Source: Cyanophyceae cyanobacterium (GTDB taxonomy: Bacteria > Cyanobacteriota > Cyanobacteriia > Cyanobacteriales > JBHJGN01). From it: a stretch of DNA of 64,000 nucleotides. Location of the stretch: positions 1-64,000 of the forward strand of contig JBHJGN010000020.1 of assembly GCA_050331735.1 (NCBI GenBank), written 5' to 3'. Shown here piece after piece: positions 1 to 9,732 of this stretch. Both the position numbers and the translations under genes were made by a program. The notes below the pieces were generated by a model. That model ran no database searches, was not told the origin of the DNA, and saw only the letters and a list, made by a program, of their open reading frames with translations. Each line of letters starts with the position of its first letter. Position 1 is the stretch's first letter.

Positions 1-54
1 TTCAGGTTCAGGATAGATGCGGACTTTCTGAGTGACTCTAATCATACTTACCAT
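1..54 (-). CDS. tnpB: IS200/IS605-family TnpB (RNA-guided nuclease), N-terminal fragment running off the window start
   Basis: The reverse complement reads MVSMIRVTQKVRIYPEPE (ATG at 54 or 45). This resembles the K-x-R-I-Y-P N-terminal motif of TnpB. Only 15-18 codons are visible. Confidence 0.7.
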   Translation of the reverse strand, partial: MVSMIRVTQKVRIYPEPE

Positions 55-140
55 TATATACTAAAACGGTAAGTCGTAGCGTCGCTGTCCATCCCCTCCT
101 TACTGCTTTGAAGAAGGGGATTTCCGCGACCTCTTGTTAA
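1..140 (-). mobile_element. Left end of an IS200/IS605 (IS1341-like, tnpB-only) element
   Basis: Imperfect subterminal hairpin atcccctcctt-N9-aagaaggggat (91-121) directly upstream of the TnpB-like start. There is no room for tnpA. TTTAA on the minus strand at about 137-141 is a candidate target motif. Confidence 0.6.
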
Positions 141-279
141 AAACTGCTGCTCCCAAAACCACTGTTGATTTTGATACTGTTGCTCGATCATCCGTAAAGT
201 CGCCCAATGTCGAAAATTGACCAGTTAACAACGGCGCTTTTTAAACCGGGGAGGCTAGACGTTAGCTCTTAGAGGTTGT

Positions 280-2544
280 TTGAGAATGTTTAGATGGATT
301 AATTCCCTTTCCGTAAGAGGACGGGCCTTGCTGATTGTAGTTATTTATGGAATAACTGGATTAGCTCTCGAGCAGTTAGCTTCAGTCTTTTCAACATCAT
401 GGGAAGTCAGTCCCTGGTATCCGCCAGCCGCTCTCCACATGGTTTTGTTGTTGGGGTTTGGCTGGCGCTACACGCCAGCGCTTCTCATTGTTCCCGTGAT
501 TGATGGATTAGTCATCGAGAGACTCGTTGCTCCGCAAAAAGCCGTTGCCCCACTGTATGTTGGGATTTGTGCTTTAGGAATTATGGCCTTCTATAGTGCT
601 GCCTGTACTGTGTTGCAGCACCAGTTGAAAATTGATCCGCGTTTGTATCGTTCCCGCGATGTGATGTGGTTTACCATTGTCGCGGCGATCGCCTCCTTCG
701 GTGTTGCTGTGGTTTGTGTAACGGCGCTGGCCTTAGAAGGACAAGTTGCCTGGTCGATGTGGAGAGAAAAAGTGCTGCACTACTGGGCAGGAGATGCCAC
801 TGGAATTGCCATGCTGGCTCCGCCGCTGTTAATTTTGCTCCGCTCAGCCCCTTGGGTTGGCTCACGCATTGACATGGAGGCGTTGACGTTGAGAGTTAAC
901 TGGAGACTGCCAACGGGGGAGCAAGTTCTCAAATGGGGGATCGCGATCGCCGCTTTGCTCGTGACGAGCTGGGCTGCTTATGGAGGCATTCAGTCAGAAA
1001 ACTTAGACTACACCTATTTTATTTTTTTGCCGCTGATCTGGATTGCTGTTCAGCAGGGGTTTGAAAAGGCAGCGATCGCCATCTTAATTATCAATTTTAG
1101 CTCGGTTATCTTTGTCGGGAGTCGAGCCAGCGATGCCGATAGCCTGGCTCTCCAGTTTGGGTTAATGGCGGTATCGTTTTCGGGTATTCTGCTTGGTATC
1201 GTGGTCAATGACCGTCTCCTGGAGCTGACTCAGCGTCAGCAGACAGAACAGCAGCTCCTCTACGATGCCACTCACGATAGCCTGACCAGCTTGCACAATC
1301 GCGCCTGGTTCATGGAACAGCTCAACCAAAAAATTGCCCAAAACAGCGACTTTGCCCTGCTCTTTCTCGACCTCGACCGCTTTAAACTGGTCAACGATAG
1401 CTTAGGACACAGCATCGGTGATCGCCTGTTGGTGATGATTGCGGCGCGGCTGAAAAACAGTTTGCTCTCCCAAGATCTCGTCGCTCGTTTTGGCGGAGAC
1501 GAATTCATTATTTTGCTAGAGGGGATGGGCGTTCGCGGAGCCACCAGATTTGCCAAACGTCTGGGAGAAGAACTCGCGCAAACAATTTTTATTGATGAGT
1601 ATCAGGTGTTCACCACCGTTAGTATCGGCATCGTTGCCAAGTCGAGTGCGGAATCGGTGCAGGCAGAGAATTTGATTCGCAATGTCGATATTGCGATGTA
1701 CCGTGCTAAAGCTCAAGGAAGTGGGCGCTATGCGGTATTTGACGAAGCCATGTACCGCCAGCTCATCGTGCGCTCGCAGCTCGAGCAAGACCTGCGACAG
1801 GCACTGTTTTCTCAGCTTCAGCTTTACTACCAACCGATTGTCTCTCTAGAAACGGGCAGAATTACAAGTTTTGAAGCCCTACTGCGCTGGCAGCATCCAG
1901 ACAGAGGAATAATTTCGCCGATGGATTTTATTCCGATTGCAGAAGACACGGGGATGATCGTGGCGATTGGGGAATGGGTCTTAGAAGAAACTTGTCAGCA
2001 GATGCGGCTCTGGCAACATGCTTATCCACAACTGTCTCTCTCAATCTCTGTGAACCTGTCTGGCTATCAGCTAATTCAGCCCGGGTTGATCGAGCGCATC
2101 GAAGAGATCCTGCAAGTCACCAATTTTGATGCCCGGACCCTCAAACTGGAAATCACAGAAAGTGCCGTGATGAATAACGCTCAAGATGCGGCCACGATTC
2201 TTAGGCTACTGACTCTCAAAGGCATTGAACTAGCGATCGATGATTTTGGCACCGGTTACTCCTCCTTAAGTCGCCTTGCTGAATTTAACGTGCATACTCT
2301 TAAAATCGACCGCTCCTTCATTAGCCTCATTGGGAGGTCGGAAAAAAGAGCCGCCATTATTCGAGCCACGATTATGCTGGCTCACAGTCTGGGCATGAGC
2401 GTCACTGCCGAGGGAGTAGAAACCGCAGCTCAACTGTCTGCGCTGCGGACGCTACGGTGCGAAGAAGCCCAAGGATACTATTTTTCTCGACCCTTAACCC
2501 GCGAAGCCGCACATAGCTTACTGCTAACTGAGCCTCAATGGTAG
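280..2544 (+). CDS. MASE1-GGDEF-EAL membrane diguanylate cyclase/phosphodiesterase
   Basis: Multi-TM N-terminus with MASE1-like WYPPAAL and WAGDATG; HDSLTSLHNR, RFGGDEF, EALLRW and DDFGTGYSS are intact. TTG start (ATG two codons later). Confidence 0.9.
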   Translation: MRMFRWINSLSVRGRALLIVVIYGITGLALEQLASVFSTSWEVSPWYPPAALHMVLLLGFGWRYTPALLIVPVIDGLVIERLVAPQKAVAPLYVGICALGIMAFYSAACTVLQHQLKIDPRLYRSRDVMWFTIVAAIASFGVAVVCVTALALEGQVAWSMWREKVLHYWAGDATGIAMLAPPLLILLRSAPWVGSRIDMEALTLRVNWRLPTGEQVLKWGIAIAALLVTSWAAYGGIQSENLDYTYFIFLPLIWIAVQQGFEKAAIAILIINFSSVIFVGSRASDADSLALQFGLMAVSFSGILLGIVVNDRLLELTQRQQTEQQLLYDATHDSLTSLHNRAWFMEQLNQKIAQNSDFALLFLDLDRFKLVNDSLGHSIGDRLLVMIAARLKNSLLSQDLVARFGGDEFIILLEGMGVRGATRFAKRLGEELAQTIFIDEYQVFTTVSIGIVAKSSAESVQAENLIRNVDIAMYRAKAQGSGRYAVFDEAMYRQLIVRSQLEQDLRQALFSQLQLYYQPIVSLETGRITSFEALLRWQHPDRGIISPMDFIPIAEDTGMIVAIGEWVLEETCQQMRLWQHAYPQLSLSISVNLSGYQLIQPGLIERIEEILQVTNFDARTLKLEITESAVMNNAQDAATILRLLTLKGIELAIDDFGTGYSSLSRLAEFNVHTLKIDRSFISLIGRSEKRAAIIRATIMLAHSLGMSVTAEGVETAAQLSALRTLRCEEAQGYYFSRPLTREAAHSLLLTEPQW

Positions 2545-2545
2545 C

Positions 2546-2700
2546 TAATACCATTGACCGAAAGTAGTCAGATAGTTCCTTAAACTAACCAAGCATTTGA
2601 GGTTCAAGAGCAAAGAGCTGCTGTGCTTCCCTTTCCCCTTTACCCCTTGCCCTTTCCCCCAACTCATCAAGTCTCCTATTACTTTTTCTAATTGGTATAA
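2546..2700. repeat. Small MITE-like intergenic element with imperfect terminal inverted repeats and internal heptamer repeats
   Basis: Ends are aataccattgaccgaaagtag and ttactttttctaattggtata, with an internal (TCCCCTT/TACCCCT/TGCCCTT)n tract. Confidence 0.5.
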
Positions 2701-2715
2701 GTAAGGAACAAGAAA

Positions 2716-3702
2716 TCAAGGACGCTCGCGACTATCAGTTTGGGGGACTCTAGAGCAGATTGATTCCAAGTCCCCAATTTTACTTGTTTGAATTAAATCG
2801 GCAACGGTGGCGCAGTAGGGCGTGAGGCCAAATCGGGCTGGATTAACGACGTTTTGGTGGGTGAAATGACGGTAATTGAAGCTAAATCGGCTCCAGGGGT
2901 CCATTTGAATCCGAAAAATAGTGATGAAGACGTTTGCTAGCCAAACAGATAGAGGAAAGCGGAGGTAAATCTTTTTATTGAGGGCAGCGCAAATCTCTGC
3001 GATCGCTCGCTCGACTGTTAACCGTGGATTTCCCAACACCAGACGTTTCTCACAGGAGGGATGATCGACTAGATGCCGTACAACCTGAGCAATATCCCGC
3101 GCATGGATAAAATGAAAGCTGCCATCGGCTTTAAACCAGCGAATGAGATCGATCCATTTAACAACATCAGCAAAGCCAGCCGAGATGTGAGAGTACGGTT
3201 TAGTGGTGTCGCCGCCAAACACGAGGGTGGGAAAAAGCGTGGTAATTGCAGGAGCGATCGCCAATTGGGATAACGCCACATAACAATCGTACTTCGAACG
3301 AATATAGTCAATTCCGTACTGCTTCGCTTCAGGAAGAAGCTGATTGTTGCGGTCGAGAAGACTGGCGGTAGAAAAGTAGAGCACTTGCTCGCATACATTT
3401 GGGTCGAGAAGATTGACCGTGGCGATCGTTTTAGCGACGTTGACCTCGCGTGTTTCCGTTCCTCCCCAAGCCGTCGCGGCCAGAATAGCCACGTTCACTG
3501 TTTTGAGGAGATTGCCAAACTTTTCAATCTCTCGTAAGTCGCCCTGCAAGACGGTCACCCCGGGACGAGACCGATATTCAAACTGAAGCTTGGCCGGATT
3601 TCTGACTAGTAAAAACAGCTCGTGCTCGGTTTCTTCAATCAGGGCTTCAGCAATATAATGGCCAATGCAGCCACTTGCCCCAGTCAGAAAAATACGCTTC
3701 AT
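2716..3702 (-). CDS. NAD-dependent epimerase/dehydratase family protein
   Basis: Rossmann motif TGASGCIG; YxxSK motif (YIRSK). Confidence 0.85.
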   Translation of the reverse strand: MKRIFLTGASGCIGHYIAEALIEETEHELFLLVRNPAKLQFEYRSRPGVTVLQGDLREIEKFGNLLKTVNVAILAATAWGGTETREVNVAKTIATVNLLDPNVCEQVLYFSTASLLDRNNQLLPEAKQYGIDYIRSKYDCYVALSQLAIAPAITTLFPTLVFGGDTTKPYSHISAGFADVVKWIDLIRWFKADGSFHFIHARDIAQVVRHLVDHPSCEKRLVLGNPRLTVERAIAEICAALNKKIYLRFPLSVWLANVFITIFRIQMDPWSRFSFNYRHFTHQNVVNPARFGLTPYCATVADLIQTSKIGDLESICSRVPQTDSRERP

Positions 3703-3725
3703 CAGTGTTGGCGGTCAGTTACTGA

Positions 3726-3855
3726 GAAAGGCAGAGGGCAGGAGACGTGATGGGCAGGAGGGCAAAGGAATTCATCCCCATCAAGCTTAGCTTCAATCTC
3801 GTACGAATCTCGCACGGGTTCCTCCGGCCTCCGGCCTTTTAACTCCTGCTTTCTG
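3726..3855. repeat. Heptamer-armed inverted repeat element
   Basis: GGCAGAG/GGCAGGAG repeats on the left; CCTCCGG x2 and CTCCTGC on the right; internal direct repeat aatctcgtacg/aatctcgcacg. Confidence 0.45.
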
Positions 3856-3871
3856 AACATTGCTAGTGCGA

Positions 3872-4978
3872 TCACTGGTCACTGGTCACTGCCAATTGTT
3901 TAGCGGTTTCAAAGAAGAAGCGCACATTGTCCTCTGGCGTTCCCGGTAGCACTCCGTGACCGAGGTTAAGAATGTGCCCCCGATTACCGGCTTTGCGAAC
4001 GGTATCTAAAATGCGATCGCGGATGAAGTCGTGGGAACCAAACAGGACGCCAGGATCTAAGTTTCCCTGTACTTTTATCTCTTTACCCAGGCGTTCGCGG
4101 GCCTCTGCCATATCTACCGTCCAATCGACGCTGATCGTGTCAAACCCAGACTGGCTCATGCGCTCTAGCAGTCCGGCGCTACCGCTGACCAGCAGAATGA
4201 GCGGCGTATGGGGATGAGTTTGCTTCACTTGCTTGACAACTTGTTGCTGATAAGGTAGCGCGAAGGTTTCGTAGTCTTGGGGACTGAGTTGACCCGCCCA
4301 AGAATCGAACATCTGGACCACCTGCGCTCCGCTGTCAATCTGGTAGCAAACATAAGTAGCGATCGCCTCGGCAAACTTGCTCAGCAGCCGATGCAGGATC
4401 TTTGGGTCAGAAAACGCCATGCCCTTGATATTAGAGTAGGTTTTGGAGCCTTTTCCTTCCACGGCGTAGGCAGCAAGCGTCCAGGGAGCGCCGACAAACC
4501 CTAGTACGGCTGAGCGATTGCCGACTTCAGAGCGCAGGGACTGAAGAATTGTGCGCACGAACGGTAATGACTCTTCTGGCTCCAAAGGATGCAGCTTATC
4601 GACCTGTTCCTGGCTGCGGATGGGGGAGTGAATAATTGGTCCTTTGCCCTCCGCCACGTCCATCTCAATGCCGATTCCCGGCAGCGGCGTGACGATATCC
4701 GAGAACATGATCACGCCATCGGGCTGAAACGCCTTCCAGGGTTGAAGGGAGATTTCAATAGCGACTTCAGGAATTTCCGAGCGATCGCGGAAGCTAGGAT
4801 ACTTTTCCCGCAAGTCGCGATAAGCTTTCATATAGCGTCCTGCCTGACGCATCATCCACACTGGAGGACGTTCTAATACCTCGCCACGGGTAGCTTTTAA
4901 AAGATAAGGTTCAGACGCGCTTTTTGTTTGTCCGGCGTCCATCTGTGAATAATGAGAGATCTCCGTTGACCCAGCCAT
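3872..4978 (-). CDS. hemE: Uroporphyrinogen decarboxylase
   Basis: [27 protein letters not shown] and NLGHG motifs. The start may be slightly downstream. Confidence 0.97.
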   Translation of the reverse strand: MAGSTEISHYSQMDAGQTKSASEPYLLKATRGEVLERPPVWMMRQAGRYMKAYRDLREKYPSFRDRSEIPEVAIEISLQPWKAFQPDGVIMFSDIVTPLPGIGIEMDVAEGKGPIIHSPIRSQEQVDKLHPLEPEESLPFVRTILQSLRSEVGNRSAVLGFVGAPWTLAAYAVEGKGSKTYSNIKGMAFSDPKILHRLLSKFAEAIATYVCYQIDSGAQVVQMFDSWAGQLSPQDYETFALPYQQQVVKQVKQTHPHTPLILLVSGSAGLLERMSQSGFDTISVDWTVDMAEARERLGKEIKVQGNLDPGVLFGSHDFIRDRILDTVRKAGNRGHILNLGHGVLPGTPEDNVRFFFETAKQLAVTSDQ

Positions 4979-5066
4979 ACTTAATTTTTAATTCGTAATT
5001 CCAGCGCCTTAGCTAGCTTAGCACTGCGAATCATCAATTATAGGTTATGAATTGTGAATGCCCTGG

Positions 5067-5762
5067 CTACTCTAGCTCGCCAAACTGCTGGCGGTAGCGC
5101 TCCAAGAGCTGGTTTTGGGTCTCTAGCTGCTGCTGAGCTTCTCTGGCCAGTTCTTCTGGAGTGCGATAGCGATTGCCTAGGTGATCGTACCAGCACAAAA
5201 TCTCGCGCTGTATTCCACCCACTTCAGCAATAGTCCGCCCGATGCCTAGACCAATTTCCGGCATCCAAAACGGTTCTCCAATCTGGAGCTGATACGCTCC
5301 GTTAACCAGTTGATAAACTTCAAACGGCTGGTGTCTGTCTCTTTGCCAGTAGTAGGGATTGTAGATGACGTAGTAAAGAACGCCTAAGCCAGCATAAATC
5401 CCCATCTTTTTGTCATATTCGCCACCTGGGGTGAGAGAAGCAAGTTCCAGGACAAAAGTAGGAACGATCTCGTCCTCTTCCCAAACAACATAGCTTTTGC
5501 GCCAGTTTTCTCCTTTTTTTCGCTTGACACCAATGCTGAGAAAACCGTCGGGAATAACAGGCACGTAGGGACTCACTCCTGTTGTATGATAGATGCCCAT
5601 GTCAACGCCAAAATACCAATCTTGGCGCTCTGCCCAAATAAACTGCATTAGAAACAGCAGCAGGTTGGGAATAAAATTTTGATCCTCGTTATCCACAGGA
5701 GTATCGTCTGAACTGGGAAGTTCGTCGCTTGTTGGCAGCCGTAGTTGGGGGTCAAGTACCAT
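5067..5762 (-). CDS. Uma2 family endonuclease-fold protein
   Basis: LPSSDDTPVDNEDQ, PDGFLSIGV, VLELAS and KMGIYAGLGVLYY pattern. Confidence 0.9.
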   Translation of the reverse strand: MVLDPQLRLPTSDELPSSDDTPVDNEDQNFIPNLLLFLMQFIWAERQDWYFGVDMGIYHTTGVSPYVPVIPDGFLSIGVKRKKGENWRKSYVVWEEDEIVPTFVLELASLTPGGEYDKKMGIYAGLGVLYYVIYNPYYWQRDRHQPFEVYQLVNGAYQLQIGEPFWMPEIGLGIGRTIAEVGGIQREILCWYDHLGNRYRTPEELAREAQQQLETQNQLLERYRQQFGELE

Positions 5763-5912
5763 TGGAACAAGACAGTTGTACTCTACTACTTTTAGTATAT
5801 TTGCACTAATCCTTTGCTACAAATTTAGGGTGTCTGCGCTCTTAAACGACATCAAGGCTGCTGTCACCTAAACTTCGATTTAAGCCAGTCAATCAGCAAC
5901 GTCATCACAAGC

Positions 5913-6662
5913 ATGAGTCAAACTCTAAACCAAAATCGATATCGTCAGTTTCTCCTCAAGCGAGGCGAGCAAGTTCTCCGCCAGCTCGAACAGCAAATTG
6001 CCCATTATTCTCTGATTGGAGATGCCACATTTTTCGACCCCCAGCAGTTTGAGTGGATAGCCAGTCTAGAAGCCAATTGGACAACGATTCGTCAAGAACT
6101 AGATCAGGTGCTGAAAACCGTCGATCAGCTTCCGAATTTTCAGGATATTTCCACAGATCAGTACAGCATTACTCAAGACAATCGGTGGAAGACCTATTTT
6201 TTCTATGCCTACGGCATTAAAGCCGAATTAAACTGCCAGCGCTGTCCTCAAACAACTCGTTTACTCGAACAGATTCCAGGAATGAAAACTGCTTTTTTTT
6301 CGGTGCTGTTGCCCCACAAACATATTCCAGAGCACTGCGGTCCCTACAAAGGCTTACTCCGCTACCATCTGGCGCTTAAAGTTCCGCAACCGCAATCAGC
6401 CTGTAGAATCCGAGTGGGCGAGGATGTGCGCTGTTGGGAAGAAGGCCAAAGCCTAGTATTCGACGATACCTTTCCTCACGAAGCCTGGAACGATACTGAC
6501 GATACGCGCGTGGTATTGTTTCTCGATTTTGTGCGACCCATGCGCTTTCCGCTCTCGGTAATTAATCAACTGATTATTCAACTGATTGCCCGGTCTCCTT
6601 TTGTCCAGAGTGGTAAAGCTAATTTAGAAAAATGGGAAAAACGGTTAAAAGATGTCTCTTGA
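5913..6662 (+). CDS. Aspartyl/asparaginyl beta-hydroxylase (AspH/LpxO-like) Fe/2OG dioxygenase
   Basis: HIPEHCGPY, RYHLAL, FDDTFPHEAWN and RVVLFLD motifs. Confidence 0.88.
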   Translation: MSQTLNQNRYRQFLLKRGEQVLRQLEQQIAHYSLIGDATFFDPQQFEWIASLEANWTTIRQELDQVLKTVDQLPNFQDISTDQYSITQDNRWKTYFFYAYGIKAELNCQRCPQTTRLLEQIPGMKTAFFSVLLPHKHIPEHCGPYKGLLRYHLALKVPQPQSACRIRVGEDVRCWEEGQSLVFDDTFPHEAWNDTDDTRVVLFLDFVRPMRFPLSVINQLIIQLIARSPFVQSGKANLEKWEKRLKDVS

Positions 6663-7824
6663 CTATCATCAGCTCTCTAGCTCCCACGAAGCACAACAGC
6701 TTGTAGCCATTCTCTCCCAAAGCTTTGGCAGTTCGCTAACCGACTCGCAGCGCTTCTGTAAGCGTTTAGGCCATGAAAACTTTCGCCTAATTTCCCAAGC
6801 CGGAGAAGTCGTTGGCGGTTTAGCAATTTATCGAATGGGTCAGTGGTACGGAGAACAGTGCGTCCCAATGGCGGGCATTGCCGGAGTGGGAGTGGCTCCA
6901 GAACATCGAGGGACAGGAGTGGCTCGTCAACTGATGAGCAGTACTCTGCAAGAACTGCATCGCTTAGACGTTCCGATTTCCGTTCTGTATGCTGCTACCC
7001 AGAGGCTCTATCGTCAGGTAGGATACGAACAAGGGGGAATGCGGTGCCGATGGGAACTGCCAACAGCCGCCATTACTCTTCAGGAACTTTCTCCTCTACA
7101 GAGCGTTAATCCTGCTGACTACTACGAAGTTTTTCAGAAGATTTATACGCAGCAGGCTAAGAAAAACAATGGCAACTTGAATCGCAATCAAGCGATTTGG
7201 GAAAATGTTGGCGATGTCTCTGAGGACAGCATTTTGTATAGCTATGTTGTTGGTGAGCCATCGCAGCCGAACGGATATATCCTGTTTACCCAAGTGCGAT
7301 CGCCAGACGGTTTTTTCCTCCAGATTAGAGATTGGGCCACCCTTTCTGCTGCTGCCGTCCGCCGAATCTGGTCGTTTCTCGCGGCTCATCGTTCGCAAAT
7401 TGAACGAGTGCAGTGGTTTGGCGCTTCTTATGACCCGCGATTGTTGCTCCTCAGTGAACAAGCGGCTCATGTACTTCATCAAGAAGCCTGGATGTTGCGC
7501 ATTATTAATGTTTCTCAAGCTCTATCCGTTAGAGGATATCCGTTAGGAGTAGAAGCGGAACTCCACCTCGACGTTCGAGATGATTTGATTGCGGCCAATA
7601 ACGGCAAATTTTGCCTCAAAGTATCTCAAGGAAGGGGAAAAGTAACCCCTGGTGGAAACGGAGACTTCAGCGTTAACATTCGCGGTTTGTCCCCCCTGTA
7701 CACCGGCTATCTATCTCCCCAGCAGCTCCAGCTCATTGGCTCTCTTCAAGCAGCGCCAAAAGCACTAGCAACGGCAACCAAGATATTTTCAGGAACTCCT
7801 CCCTGGATGCCCGACTTCTTTTGA
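6652..7824 (+). CDS. Eis-family GNAT acetyltransferase with C-terminal SCP2-like domain
   Basis: GVGVAPEHRGTGVA acetyl-CoA motif, LYRQVGYE, WMLRII and a terminal PWMPDFF. Confidence 0.88.
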   Translation: MSLDYHQLSSSHEAQQLVAILSQSFGSSLTDSQRFCKRLGHENFRLISQAGEVVGGLAIYRMGQWYGEQCVPMAGIAGVGVAPEHRGTGVARQLMSSTLQELHRLDVPISVLYAATQRLYRQVGYEQGGMRCRWELPTAAITLQELSPLQSVNPADYYEVFQKIYTQQAKKNNGNLNRNQAIWENVGDVSEDSILYSYVVGEPSQPNGYILFTQVRSPDGFFLQIRDWATLSAAAVRRIWSFLAAHRSQIERVQWFGASYDPRLLLLSEQAAHVLHQEAWMLRIINVSQALSVRGYPLGVEAELHLDVRDDLIAANNGKFCLKVSQGRGKVTPGGNGDFSVNIRGLSPLYTGYLSPQQLQLIGSLQAAPKALATATKIFSGTPPWMPDFF

Positions 7825-7843
7825 ATAGCAGTCTGGTGCGGGA

Positions 7844-7946
7844 CGGGGAAGGGGAAAAAGGAGGGATGAATTCGCTTGTTCCTGAATTCAGGATTCTGTC
7901 CCCGTCGTGTGTTTCCTGCGGCGGTAGTTGTTTCCCCTTTTCCCCG
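7844..7946. repeat. Purine/pyrimidine inverted repeat between convergent genes (possible bidirectional terminator)
   Basis: cggggaaggggaaa ... tttccccttttccccg. Confidence 0.4.
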
Positions 7947-7958
7947 CGCCTGGTTTGC

Positions 7959-8840
7959 TTAACCTATTCCCCAGCTTTTAAGTGGTATAGCACCTATAGC
8001 TGGGGAGAAGCACAATAGTAGTCCCCCGGTTGCTAGTAAATACAAGATTCCAACCGCTCCGGCTAGCGGCTGTTTTCCCAAACCCGTCATCCAAGCTGAC
8101 GCTTTTCCTGTATAGGTGACTAACTCACACGCATCGAGGGTCGATAACCCCCAAATCCATCCGGCGTGAAGTCCCCAAGCTAAGCCTAAGCTCCCGCCAT
8201 CGGCTAACCGCGCTTCTGCCAGCACCATGCCCATTAACCACAGTCCTGGGAGTTGCGGGAGAGTCTGTTTTTGCTCCCAAACTAAATGTAAACAAGCAAA
8301 GATCAAACTTGACAGAGCGGCGGCACGACCGTAAGAATATGGCCCAAGCTCATCGAGGATAAAACCTCGAAAGACTAGCTCTTCGATCGCTGCGATCGCA
8401 ATTCCAATCCCCAACAGCGGTAACGCCATCCAGGTGATGCCCTCGAAATGCCACCGTACCCAACCGAATAGACTTTGACCAGCGAAAATAGCGAGAATGC
8501 TAATAAATCCACAACCAGTTCCTAAAGCAAGAGAAACAAATAGCTGGGAATGCCAGACAAATCCATAGTCTTGCCATTGTTTTCCTTCAATACGAACAGC
8601 TATCCATACGAGAGCAGGGGCAATGGAATAGAGAGAAGCTAACAGAATTAGCTTTTGCTTTGTGGTTATGGGTCTAGCGGGATTCCACTCTACCACCCGA
8701 GCTAAAGGAATGGCGAGCGGCAGCCAGGCGATCGCCCAAACAAGCAAAAATAACGCTACTTTGAGAAGAGAGTGAGCGACGATGACAGTAAGGAGCCGCT
8801 GTAAAACTAAATCAACCATCTTTTTGAGGAAATGCTGCAC
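7959..8840 (-). CDS. CPBP (CAAX/Abi) intramembrane metalloprotease
   Basis: EELVFRG, FACLH and GLHAGW motifs; multiple TM segments. Confidence 0.9.
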   Translation of the reverse strand: MQHFLKKMVDLVLQRLLTVIVAHSLLKVALFLLVWAIAWLPLAIPLARVVEWNPARPITTKQKLILLASLYSIAPALVWIAVRIEGKQWQDYGFVWHSQLFVSLALGTGCGFISILAIFAGQSLFGWVRWHFEGITWMALPLLGIGIAIAAIEELVFRGFILDELGPYSYGRAAALSSLIFACLHLVWEQKQTLPQLPGLWLMGMVLAEARLADGGSLGLAWGLHAGWIWGLSTLDACELVTYTGKASAWMTGLGKQPLAGAVGILYLLATGGLLLCFSPAIGAIPLKSWGIG

Positions 8841-8914
8841 CCAAAAAGCTTAGCCTATCTCAACAATAGCGTTATTGATGATACTGAATAACTCACCGCT
8901 AGACTGAGGAAAAA

Positions 8915-9316
8915 CTAGACTTCAACCGCCTCATGAGCCTCTGAAGATTCTGAATCAGCATCTAGCTGCTTAAGATGAATATGCTTGTAGCCAAGTTTGA
9001 TTTCAAATTCATCTCCAGGATTCAAGCCCATGGCTTTCGTATAAGTTGAACCAATGACAATTTGACCATTTTGATGCACGCTTACCCGATAGGTTGGTTC
9101 ACGCCCGCGACCGTCTTTCGTTCCCTCTGGGTCGAGAGGAACCCCTTTAGCTGCCAACACTGCATCGTAAAAATCGGTCAGATTAACGCGGAGCTGGTTG
9201 TTTTTAGTTTTTGTGTAATACCCACACTGTTTTGCTGTTTCTCTTCTCGGTAAGTGAGATAGCTCTTTTACTTTTTGTAGCAGTGCTTTTCCTGTTAAAG
9301 CAGTAGTTTCACTCAT
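8915..9316 (-). CDS. Cyanobacterial AbrB-like transcriptional regulator (cyAbrB)
   Basis: LTGKALLQKVKEL, CGYY, and GREPTYRVSVHQNGQIVIGSTYT...GDEFEIKLGYKHIHL. Confidence 0.93.
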   Translation of the reverse strand: MSETTALTGKALLQKVKELSHLPRRETAKQCGYYTKTKNNQLRVNLTDFYDAVLAAKGVPLDPEGTKDGRGREPTYRVSVHQNGQIVIGSTYTKAMGLNPGDEFEIKLGYKHIHLKQLDADSESSEAHEAVEV

Positions 9317-9732
9317 AACTCTGAATTAGTTCTTTTCTTTCTTATCCTAATTTACACTAAAGTCAAATCGTGGCTATAGTAAAAAATATAACGCCAAATG
9401 GATAGAGGATGACAAGTTCTTGAAACCAATAAATTCAGAAAATGCATTTTGAGAGGAGTGTTGGCAAGGAGCTTTAAGCCGCTAGACAAAAATCCAGAAA
9501 TCTTTAAACTAGCTTTGTGTTGTAAAAGTTGCTAATTGTCTAGATAAGCAACGCTACGCTCTCCTCTGGCAAACTAACTGTGGCTAGACTAACATAACAA
9601 GTATGTCTTTGGTGATTTGGATAAGTTTGCTTCAAAAAATAAGTTTAGGCTAGCTTGGCGGCGTCAATAATGAGCAAAACTCTTGAGTTGGTCGGCGAGT
9701 TAAAATTTGAAGGCGTTAGATGATTGTAAAAC

